A stretch of DNA of 63,026 bases, the filler included, from Chiloscyllium plagiosum (lineage: Eukaryota), in the NCBI RefSeq assembly GCF_004010195.1. It is 3 parts of one record of this genome, joined end to end, with 100 filler letters (N's around TTAATTAATTAA, not from the genome) between each part and the next. Parts side by side here need not be neighbours in the genome. Positions count along the whole stretch, not along the records: positions 46,379 to 63,026 come from NC_057714.1; 2 more parts are not named here. One strand, 5' to 3'. Below are positions 53,413-63,026 of this stretch, piece by piece; positions within the stretch are counted from its first letter, which is position 1, and each line of letters opens with the position of its first letter. A program made the position numbers and the translations under genes. The notes beneath the pieces are model-generated. The model made no database searches. It was not told the origin of the DNA and saw only the letters and a list, made by a program, of their open reading frames with translations.

Positions 53413-54886
53413 TGATGTGGAGGAGCCAGTATTGGACTGGGGTGGACAAAGCTAAAAGTCACACAACACCAGGTTATAGTCCAACAGGTTTATTTGGAAG
53501 CCCTAACTTTCAAAGTGCTGCTCCTTCATCAGGTAGCTGTGGAGCAGAATGTTAAGACACAGAATTTATAGCAAAAGGTTACAGTGCCATGTAACTGAAA
53601 TGATATATTGACAAACCTAGATCGCTGTTAAGTCTTTCATCTTTTAGAATGGGTTGCAGGTTTTGATTTATTAATATGTAAATTCCAGAACTTCTTTCAA
53701 GTCACATTCTCAAGATAACTTAAGGTTTTATAAAAAAAAGGTGACATCTCAGCTCAGACAACATATTAAAGGTGTAAGGTTAGAGTCTGTCTGTATCCCA
53801 ATCTTGAGTCACACTGGTTCTACATCCAAAGTAGAAACGTATAAGATAGTACATGGATTAACTGCCTGTATTGCCTGCCTGCAGATTGTGCGCTTTTTGA
53901 GCAAAATAGAATGTATCTGCAATTGAAAATTCACCCCATAGAATTATATATGTGTTTGTGCTTGAGAGAGAGTATGCGCATGCGAGTGTGAGTGCGCGTG
54001 AGAGAGTGTGGGTTTGCTTGTGTATGTGCTTGGTAGAGTGTGTGCGTGAGTGTAACAGAGTATAAGCCTGTGAGAGGATGTATATGTGTGGATGTGAGTG
54101 TGGGGGGTGTTTGTTTGTGTGTATGAGAGAGGATCTGCCTGAGTGTGTGATTATGTAAGAGTGTGCGTGTGTACATACACACATACACCCCCACACTCAC
54201 ACCTACAAACTTTCACAGGCTTATACTCTGAAATACTTATGCACATACTCTACCAAACATACACGCACACAAACACACCCTCTCACACGCATTTTCACAC
54301 ACACACAGACACACACACACACACGCATGCACACAAAACACACACATGCACACATTCACTCTCTGTCTCATGCACACAAACACAAGAATAAGTCTGTGGG
54401 GTGAATTTGTATTTGCAGAATTGAATTTGCAGATACATTCTATTTTGTTCAAAAAGCGCACAATCTGCAGGCAGTCAATTCATGTGACATTTTATAAATT
54501 CCTGCTTTGGAAATAGAACCAGTCTGACTCAAGACTGGGATACAGCCAGACTCTAACCTCACACCTTTAATGTATTGTCTGAGATGAGATGTCACTTTTT
54601 TTTCATAAAAGCTTAAGTTATCTCGAGAATGTGAATTAAAAGAAGTTCAGGGATTTATATATTAATGAACCAAAACTTGTGACCCATTCTAAAAGATGTA
54701 AGACTTAACAGCAATCTAGGTTTGTTCAATATATCATTTCAGTTGTGTGACACTGCAATCTTTTGCTATAAAGTCTGTGTCTTCTAATCCTGCTCCACAA
54801 CTACTGATGAAGGAGCAGTTCTCAGAAAGCCAGTACTTCCAGTAAACTTATTGAACTATAACTGGTGTTGTGTGATTTTTAACTTT
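53413..54886. mobile_element. 1.47-kb fold-back PLE-derived element with hammerhead motifs in both arms
   Basis: Left arm (to about 54170) is the inverse of the right arm; ctgatgaaggagcagttctcagaaagc near 54804; TSD atttacac at 53405-53412 and 54887-54894. Confidence 0.85.
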
Positions 54887-54971
54887 ATTTACACTTACAC
54901 AGCTCATAGACTCTGTCTAGCTTGCTCAGAGCCAGTCCCAAGATGACCAGAAGCCTTGTCACTCCTGTTTA

Positions 54972-55145
54972 CAGAGGAACCTCAATTATCCAGCATTCGA
55001 TTAACTGAATTTTGGATGATCCAAACAAGATCACAAGGTCCCAATGCTAGGCTAACTAAGTTATCTGGCATTCCATTATCCGGAATTTGATTAACCAAAT
55101 AAAATACTCCCTGCCTGTGTCCTTTGGATAATCAAGGTTCCACTG
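54972..55145. mobile_element. Tigger/pogo-like MITE
   Basis: TA-flanked TIRs cagaggaacctcaattatcc / ggataatcaaggttccactg. Confidence 0.75.
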
Positions 55146-55746
55146 TATATCTGTCAGCCAGAACTCCCTGATTGACCCAGGTTAACAACCCCAATTAGGG
55201 ATCTCATACTCAGTAAAATCCACCTGGCCCTCATTCCAATCACTCCAAAAATCTATGCCATTTCTGTTTTCCTTCAGCTCTGAAGCAAAGCCTTTGACCT
55301 GAAATGGTTAATTTTTTTTCTCTTTTCATTAATGTTGCCAGGCCATCAGAGTATATCCAGCATCTTCTGCTTTAATTTTGGAAGACCTGGATGCTGACAC
55401 AATGAAAGGTCCATTCATAAGATGGTTTTATAGCATGTAAACATCAATTGAACCATCAAGCAAGAACCATAATTTAATTTTTCATTTATTTTTGGAATTT
55501 TGGGATTGCTGACAAGGCCAGTGTTTAATGTTTATTCCTTAGTTGTCCAGACAAGATGCAGGTGGTTTGAACCTTCAACCGCTGTTACCTCCTTTCATCA
55601 TAGAGGTTGATCATTTCAATGCAACTTTTTCAGAGATGTTATTACACACTCCTGGAGTCGGTGGGACCTGAACTTCGGCCTCCTGGTTAGTAAGGTTTCA
55701 TGGAGTTTGATGTCAAGTGGCTTTCCAGGCCCTTATACTGATATGG

Positions 55747-55969
55747 GAAAAAGTGAGGACTGCAGATGCTGGAGATCAGAGTCGAAGAGTGTGCTGCTGG
55801 AAGAGCACAGTTGGGTCAGGCAGCATCCTAGGAGCAAGACCGTCAACATTACAGGCATAGGCCTTTCATCAGGAATGAAGGGCTTTTGCCTGAAACATCA
55901 ACTCTCGTGCTCCTCGGATGCTGTCTGACCCGACTGTGCTTTTCCAGAACCACACTCTTTGACTTTAAG
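55747..55969. mobile_element. Fold-back PLE-derived insertion
   Basis: Inverted arms about the hammerhead core; TSD ctgatatgg at 55738-55746 and 55970-55978. Confidence 0.78.
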
Positions 55970-56296
55970 CTGATATGGCTATATTGGTCTGGACTGGACT
56001 CACACATTGGCCATCCAAGTAACAAAGACAGAATTTCATTCCAAAAACCGCAAGTGAACCAGTTGAGTTTACATGGCATTCCAATATTTTTGATGGTCAC
56101 ATTTACCAATATGATGTTTTCTTGTTACTTCCTGCTTTTAAAACTAAACTCAATTGAAATTTTCAAGCTGACATGGTAGGATTTGAATTTCCATTTTCAT
56201 TCTGAATTTTCCTTAAACTGAGTGGCTCACCAGGCCATGTTAGAGCACAGTTAAGAGTCAACCATATTATTACAGAATCTACTTTATTATATATAA

Positions 56297-56490
56297 ATCA
56301 TAGAATCCCCACAGTGTGGAAACAGGCCATTCGGCCCAACAAGCCCACACTGACCCTCTGAAGAGTATCTTACCCAAACCTGTCCCCATAGTCCTGCATT
56401 CCCATGGCTAATGCATCTAACCTACAAATCCCAGGACTCTATGGGTAATTTAGCATGGCCAATCCACCCAACATGCACATGTTTGGACTT
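56297..56490 (-). mobile_element. HE1 SINE 3' half
   Basis: Matches 26610-26760. Confidence 0.7.
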
Positions 56491-56787
56491 ATTGCTGTGG
56501 ATCTGGAGTTGCATGCAAACAAGACAAAGTAAGAACATCAGATGTCCTTCCCAAAAGAACCAGATGGGTTTTTTCGATAACTGATGAGCTACTTTTTATT
56601 ATTTCACTTTATATTCCAGGTTTAATAATTACATTTACTTTCCACAGTGGGAATGCCATGGTGGAATTTGAACCCATGAACAGCCATAAGTGTCTCATCA
56701 ATTATTATTCCAGAGACAATATTACTACATATTCATATCTCCATGCAATGCTCAAAATGTGGCAGTGAATTTACATACAGCAAAGCT

Positions 56788-56822
<35 letters not shown>
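56788..56822. repeat. (CT)n(CA)n microsatellite
   Basis: Seen directly. Confidence 0.9.
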
Positions 56823-56823
<1 letters not shown>

Positions 56824-57519
56824 AAATGATAATGAGAAGATTGTTTATTTTCATCATGGTGATTCGGAGAGATCAAATTTGGCCAAAACACAAATGGAAC
56901 TGCCTGATAATTGTCAAAGTAGTGCCATCCACCTGAAAGTGAAAGCAGGATCTTGGTTTAATGTCTCATACAAAAATGTTGGTTCCTCTCACAAAGGAGC
57001 ATTCACTCAGCGCTGATTTGAAGTGTCAGCCTAGATAATTTTGCTCAAGGTGGTTGAGTGAGCCTTGAACCTACAACTTTCAAGCCCAAACAGTGCATGA
57101 ATGTGTAATATAATATGTAAGGTCAACTGAGTGATTATGCTTGCTGTTCCATGATCTTCACCCTTGGGGTCAGAAATCATAAATTTCCTTGAGTATCAGC
57201 ATCAAAGTTGGATGAAGGAACATCCCATTACCTGAGTGTTTATTTCTGCTTTTGACACCTACCCCCACCCCCACCACCACCACCACCACCATGAACGCAA
57301 ACGTTCAAATCAGAAGCAGGAGGACCCCACTTGACCATGGATTCTGCTCTGCTGTTCAATAAGATCACTGCCGATTTTCCACATTGCAAGTATTTTACAT
57401 TCCCTTCTACTGCCAAATGACTTCTAACCAATTTTCTAATCAAGAATCTATCCACTTTTGCAAGAAAAAATGTTCAAGGACATTGCTCGTATTGACTTTT
57501 GAGGAAGAGCTCCAAGGAC

Positions 57520-58100
57520 TTAGCACAGTGGCTCAGTGGTTAGTACTGCTGCCTCACAGCACCGGGGACCTCAGTTTGATTTGTGCCTCAGGTGATCCTC
57601 TGTGAGGAGTTTGCACATTCTCCCTGTGTCTGTGTGGGTTTTCTAACACAATCCAATGATGTGTAGGCCAGGTAAATTGGCCATGCTAAATTGCCCATAG
57701 TGTTCAGGGTAAATGTGGGGGAATGGGTCTGGGTGGGTTACTCTTTGAAGGGTTGGTGTGGACTTATTGGGCCATTTGGCCTGTTTCCATACAGTAAGTT
57801 TGCTTATAGGCACAATGGCTCAGTGGTTAGCACTGCTGCCTCACAGCAACAGGGATCCAGGTTCGATTCCAGCCTTAGGCGACAGTCTATGTGGAGTTTG
57901 TACATTCTCCCTGTGTCTGCATGGGTTTCTTCCCACAATCCAAAGATGTGCAGGTGAGGTGAATTGGCCATCCTAAGTTGCCCATAGTGTTTGTTGCATT
58001 AGTCAGGGGTAAATAGAGGGCAGGGGAATGTGTCTGGGTGGGTTACTCTTCAGAGGGTCGGTGTGGACTTGTTGGGCTGAAGGGCCTGTCAGGATCTAAT
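57520..58100 (+). mobile_element. Two tandem HE1 SINEs
   Basis: Heads at about 57522 and 57809. Confidence 0.85.
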
Positions 58101-58819
58101 CGACTCACAGCTCTATGAGAGAAAATAATTTTCCTTGTCTCTGCCTTAAATGGTTGACCTTGTCTTTGTAAATGATCCCTCCTGATTCTAAATTCTCCCA
58201 TAAGCAGAAAAAATTCTCTCCACCTCTACACTGTCTCGACCTCTCAAGATCTTAAATATTTCAATCAAGTTGCCTTTTACTTTTGTAAATTCTCTGTGAT
58301 GTGACAGTTCTTCCCCAGAAACCATGCTTTCAGCAGTGAAAGATTTAAAAGCAAATTGACTTTTGTACCTGGCTACACAGAAATGTTGCAGATTATTATC
58401 TCCATGCTATTTAGTGCCAACACTATTTCAGGTGCTAATTCTTCACTATTGGATTCTATGCAATGCCTCTGAACACCATTTATCTTTAAAAGTAAACTCA
58501 GATAGACAATTCCACTGACCTTTCCAATTCACAGCCAGATCAGTACATTAATTTTGTATTTATTAATACTTAAAATGAGTTCAGGTAATCAGACATTAAC
58601 GCATAAAATAGCTCTGCAGGTATTGAACTAATACTGCTCCCACATTACTACTTTCAAGACCATAATTACACTGCAAAATAAGCTTAATGAAGCAGCACAC
58701 ACTCTTCCAACACTCAAATGCTGCTACATTTTATTAGCACAATAATAAAATGCCTAATACATTATCTGTACATTTCAAGACTAAATTTATTTAAATGAAA
58801 CCAAAACAGAAACTATGGA

Positions 58820-59145
58820 TGGCACGGGTGGTTAGCACTGCTGCTTCACAATACCACAGACACGGGTTCAATTCCAGCCTCAGGACACTACCTGTGTGGA
58901 GTTTGCACGTTCTCCCTGTGGGTGTCCTTTGGGTGACCTGGTTTCCTCCCACAGTCAAAAGATGTACAGGTTAGGTGAATTGGTCATGCTATGGTGCCCA
59001 TAGTGTTCAGAAATGTGCAGTCCAGGTGGATTAGCCATGGAAAATACAGTTACAGGGATGGGGTGGGTCTGGGTGAGTTGCTCTTTGGAGGAATGGTGTG
59101 GACTTGATGGGCTGAATTGCTTGCTTTCACAATGTCGGGGTTTTG
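58820..59145 (+). mobile_element. HE1 SINE
   Basis: tRNA head gtggttagcactgctgc and conserved body. Confidence 0.85.
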
Positions 59146-59679
59146 TGATGAATTTCAAACTTCCAGAAAGTGATAAAATCTGCATCACAATAGCACTTTT
59201 TAAAAATATGACTTGGGTAATCAGATTTGCCAATAAATTGTAGAAGAATTTTATTGAGGTGAAGTCTGCAAATAATCGAGGATCAAAGACCCAATCAGGA
59301 GAGTATTTGCAGTGTTAAACATAGAAGAAATAGCAAGAAGCTATTGACTCTCTGATCTGCTACTCAGATCCAATATTGTCCATTGATCTGAGCAGGCAAA
59401 CAAATAAGCAGTGTCTCTTTAAAATGCCTGATAGCAGGAAGCATCCATGAAACTAGCACACTGGAAAATAATAATGTTCTGAAATTATTAAAAACAACAA
59501 AATAAATTATTAAACTTATTATTCTGAGAATTGCAAACATTTAAATTATTTTTAAAAAGTTTGAAATGAAATGCTTGGGATTGCCACCTTTCCTAGAAAT
59601 GACAGAAGGTGATATATAATTTAAAACACACTTTGATGTTGAGAGCAGAACAATTCAAAAGAAATGGGGTCAAAATGTA

Positions 59680-60010
59680 AGGACGGCACAGTGGCACAGT
59701 GGTGCCTCCCAGTGCCAGGGTCCCAGGTTTGATTCCAGCTTCGGGTGACTGTCTGTGTGGAGTTTGTACAATCTCCTCGTGTCTGTGCGGGTTTTAGAAC
59801 ATAGAACATAGAACATAGAACATAGAAGAATACAGCGCAGTACAGGCCCTTCGGCCCTCGATGTTGCGCCGATCCAAGCCCACCTAACCTACACTAGCCC
59901 ACTATCCTCCATATGCCTACCCAATGCCCGCTTAAATGCCCATAATGAGGAAGAGTCCACCACTGCTACTGGCAGGGCATTCCATAAACTCACGACTCGC
60001 TGAGTAAAGA
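59680..60010. mobile_element. Truncated HE1 SINE (+) abutting a young CR1 3' end (-)
   Basis: (agaacat)n tail at 59796-59826; near-identical in reverse complement to about 130-330. Confidence 0.85.
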
Positions 60011-60264
60011 AAGGAGTTGAGAGTGTGGTGCTGGAATAGCACAGCAGGTCAGGCAGCGTCCGGGGAGCAGGAGTGTTGACATTTCAGGCACAAGCCTTTC
60101 ATCAGGAATGAGAATATTCATGGATGGTCAAACTCAGCCTCCTGCTAAAGTGCTGGGAACATTCCCTTCCAGACTATCAAAACCTCTGAGCAAAGGAAAC
60201 CATCAAAACCCATTATTGCTTGACTTGGAGTCAAGTCTGTCTCAAAAGACAATTGGTATTGGGA

Positions 60265-60431
60265 AGAGTTAAAAATCACACAACACCAGGGTATAGTCCA
60301 ACAGGTTTATTTGGAATACTAGCTTTCAGAGCTTACGTAATGAAGAAGCAGAATACATCCTGGACTATAACCTGGTTTTGTGTGATTTTTAACTTTGTGT
60401 ATCCTAGTCCAACACCGGCATCTCCAAATCA
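60265..60431. mobile_element. Fold-back PLE-derived insertion
   Basis: Inverted arms; TSD tggtattggga at 60254-60264 and 60432-60442. Confidence 0.78.
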
Positions 60432-60914
60432 TGGTATTGGGACATCTTCAAACCACACCACATTTGCTGAGTGGCTAAGCAGGAAGCCTAAATCACATCA
60501 CTGGAACCACTGGCTTCTTTGAATCACTTTTTAATTAGTGTTTGTCGACTTTAATGAGCCTGCTCGTAAGACTAAGCAGCTCCAGTAAATAGCTGATCAC
60601 AATATTTCTAAAAAGTTATGATTTCTGGAAAGAATCTGGTGTTTTGTTTGTGAATTGAACTAATCCCAAGCCTATACTTTTATCAGCAATTAAACTGTGT
60701 CTGACTCCTTCAAAAGAGATTGTTATATACAGCCAACTGAAAGAAACTCAACTGAACGTTGACTTACTCTCTGATTCCTGTGGATTCATTCAGATATCTT
60801 TGATTTTAAGTAGTTTGTAACTTCTCTTTGTCTGTGTGAACCTGGGTTTTGAATGCTGTAATAAACCCGAAGAAAGATGTGGTGTGTCAAAGAGTAATTT
60901 TTAGTTTCTAGGGT

Positions 60915-61250
60915 TATCCCTACTCCCCTTCTTGAACAAGGGAATCACATTTGCTAGCCTCCAATCTTCTGGCACTACTCCTGTAGACAACGAGGACATA
61001 AAAATCAAGGCCAATGGCTCTGCAATCTCCTCCCTTGCTTGTCAGAGAATCCTAGGATAAATGCCATCAGGCCCAGGGTACTTATCTATTTTCACCCTTT
61101 CCAGAATTTCCAACACCTCTTCTCTACATACCTCAAAGCCATCCATTCTACTTAATTGTGACTCAGTACTCACATTGACAACAATGTCCTGTTCCTGATT
61201 GAATACTGACGAAAAGTATTCATTCAGTGTCTCCCCAATCTCTTCAGCAA
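60915..61250 (-). mobile_element. CR1 ORF2 fragment
   Basis: Reverse complement gives LNEYFSSVF..., KYPGPDGIYPRIL, PEDWRLANV. Confidence 0.8.
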
Positions 61251-61305
61251 TTCATTCAGTGTCTCCCCAATCTCTTCAGCTATTCATTCAGTGTCTCCCC
61301 AATCT
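61218..61305. repeat. 32-bp tandem repeat, about 3 copies, at a CR1/HE1 junction
   Basis: attcattcagtgtctccccaatctcttcagc at 61218, 61250 and 61282. Confidence 0.9.
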
Positions 61306-61307
61306 TT

Positions 61308-61495
61308 TCTCCGGGTGCTCTGGTTTCCTCCCACAGTCCAAAGATGTGCACGTCAGGTGAATTGGCCATGTTAAATTGCCCATAATGTTAGATGCATTAG
61401 TCAGAAGGAAATGGGTCTGGGTGAGTTACTCTTCAGAGGGTTGGTGTGGACTGCTTGGGCCGAAGGGCCTGTTTCACACTGTAGGGAATCTAATC
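61308..61495 (+). mobile_element. HE1 SINE 3' part
   Basis: ccgggtgctctggtttcctcccacagtccaaagatgtg. Confidence 0.8.
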
Positions 61496-62668
61496 TTAAA
61501 AAAATGATCCAAAAGAAAGTCTACCTGTTTTGTCATTCTCCCCATATTGACTGCTGGTTGTGTTTGTGAACGGTGTGTTACTCACTTCCCATCAATTTCT
61601 AGATTTGTTTCGTACACATGACCATTAATGTTTTACTTGTAGGCCATTCTTCACATCATTATTTGCCACTGAATAGTGTAGCATTTGTTGTACAAGGCGT
61701 TACAATTGAATAAGGAGAATTGAGTGTCTCTCTTCTTTTCCCACTCTTCATTTGATTGCAGCCAGGTTTTTGAAAAGGATTTACTTGCCAATTCAGTGAG
61801 TCAGAAATCACATGACATTGGGTTATAGTCCAACGAGTTGATTTCAACTGATTTGTCAGTTGAAGTGAGAGGGACGGGCACACAGACACAGAATTTAAAG
61901 TCAAAATGATCAGGGCAGGGAGATCAAAAAGTCATATAACTGGTGTGAGTTGAGTGTTGAATAATACGAATCTGCAGGTGACCAAGGGTATCAGACAGTG
62001 TGTGTAAAGTGTCCACAGCTGAAGAATGACCAAAGGGATGACCTATTATCAAATTAAATGAGGCAGAGACATAATTACAAAACAATTAAAACTAAGGTGA
62101 TATTGCAGACAAGCCAAATGACTGGAACAACATGGAACACCAATAGAAGCTGCTAGAAAAGCACAGCAGGTCCTGACAGCATTTGTGAGGAAAAACCAGA
62201 GGAAGGGTCACGAGGTCTGAAACATTAACTCTGATGTTTCTTCACAGATACCGCTAGACTTACCATGGGATACTCTTCTGAATCTGTCTCATTCTTGGAC
62301 ACACATAACTCCATCAAGGACGTACATGTTACTATTTCACTCTCTCAGCGGAGCAGGTAAGGGCTGTTTGGCAGTGGCTGTTTGAAGGCTCGGTGATGTT
62401 TGTTTAACGGTTTAAATTTGAAAGGTTTTTTTAAAAGAAGCGCGGAGCGGACCCGGAAGCTGGTGTAGCGCAAGCTTACCTGGGTAGGTTTTTTTCCCTA
62501 TAAAAGCGCGCAGGAGAGGAACCCGAGGCAATACATAGGTAGTGCCTACCACCCACCCTCCTCCTCTCACCTAATAATAAGACCCGTTGTGGTAAGTAGG
62601 TAAGTGCTGCATTTTGCTTGTTCTATTCTTTATACCTAGTTTTTTTTTAAAAGGTTACTTTTAGAGGG

Positions 62669-63026
62669 ATGGCAGTGAAGGCAGTGCAATGTTCCTCTTG
62701 CAACATGTTTGAGGTGAGGGATGCCATGGTTGTCCCTGCTGATTACACTTGCAGGAAGTGCACCCATCTCCAGCTCCTCCAAGACCGTGTTAGGGAACTG
62801 GAGCTGGAGTTGGATGAACTTAGGATCATTCGGGAGGCAGAGGGGGTCATAGATTGGAGCTTTAGGGAAGTAGTAACTCCAAAGATTGCAGACAGATGGG
62901 TGACAGTGAGGGAGACTGGGAGGAAGCAGCCAGTGCAGGGACCCCCTGCGGCCGTCCCCCACAAGAACAAGTATACCGTTTTGGATACTTGTGGGGGGGA
63001 CGACCTACCAGGGGTAAGTAACGGGG
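62669..63026 (+). CDS. CR1 LINE ORF1 N-terminus (zinc finger + leucine zipper), runs off the window
   Basis: MAVKAVQCSSCNMF...YTCRKCTHLQLLQDRVRELELELDELRIIREAE...NKYTVL, open to the window end. Confidence 0.85.
   Translation, partial: MAVKAVQCSSCNMFEVRDAMVVPADYTCRKCTHLQLLQDRVRELELELDELRIIREAEGVIDWSFREVVTPKIADRWVTVRETGRKQPVQGPPAAVPHKNKYTVLDTCGGDDLPGVSNG

Noticed and set aside
61218..61305. CRISPR-like 32-bp repeats
   Set aside because: No spacers, eukaryotic context, and the unit derives from the CR1 sequence
1..63026. Additional interferon paralogs or neighbouring host exons
   Set aside because: No second CAWE-type exon or multi-exon chain found by eye; small isolated exons cannot be excluded

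Overview
Repeat-dominated vertebrate genomic DNA, very probably from a shark: it carries HE1-type tRNA SINEs, HER1/CR1 LINEs, Penelope-like elements (PLEs) and smaller L2, Rex/Babar, RTE, Gypsy and DNA-transposon relics, with five assembly gaps. The only host protein-coding gene I can support is not assembled by the ORF track. It is a compact, intact five-exon interferon gene on the minus strand (CDS 29013-28876, 28571-28500, 28421-28275, 28174-28091, 27858-27772; four phase-0 GT-AG introns; 175 aa). It has a signal peptide, four mature cysteines, a CAWE motif, an IRF/TATA-like upstream region, 3' AREs and an AATAAA. Its N-terminal CxxxxxW pattern and isolated single-copy position suggest type IV IFN (IFN-upsilon) rather than a clustered type I IFN, but this needs synteny and phylogeny. 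The second theme is a set of PLE-derived insertions carrying minimal hammerhead ribozyme motifs, many as fold-back palindromes with 7-14 bp target-site duplications. Repeat boundaries are approximate and were read by eye.
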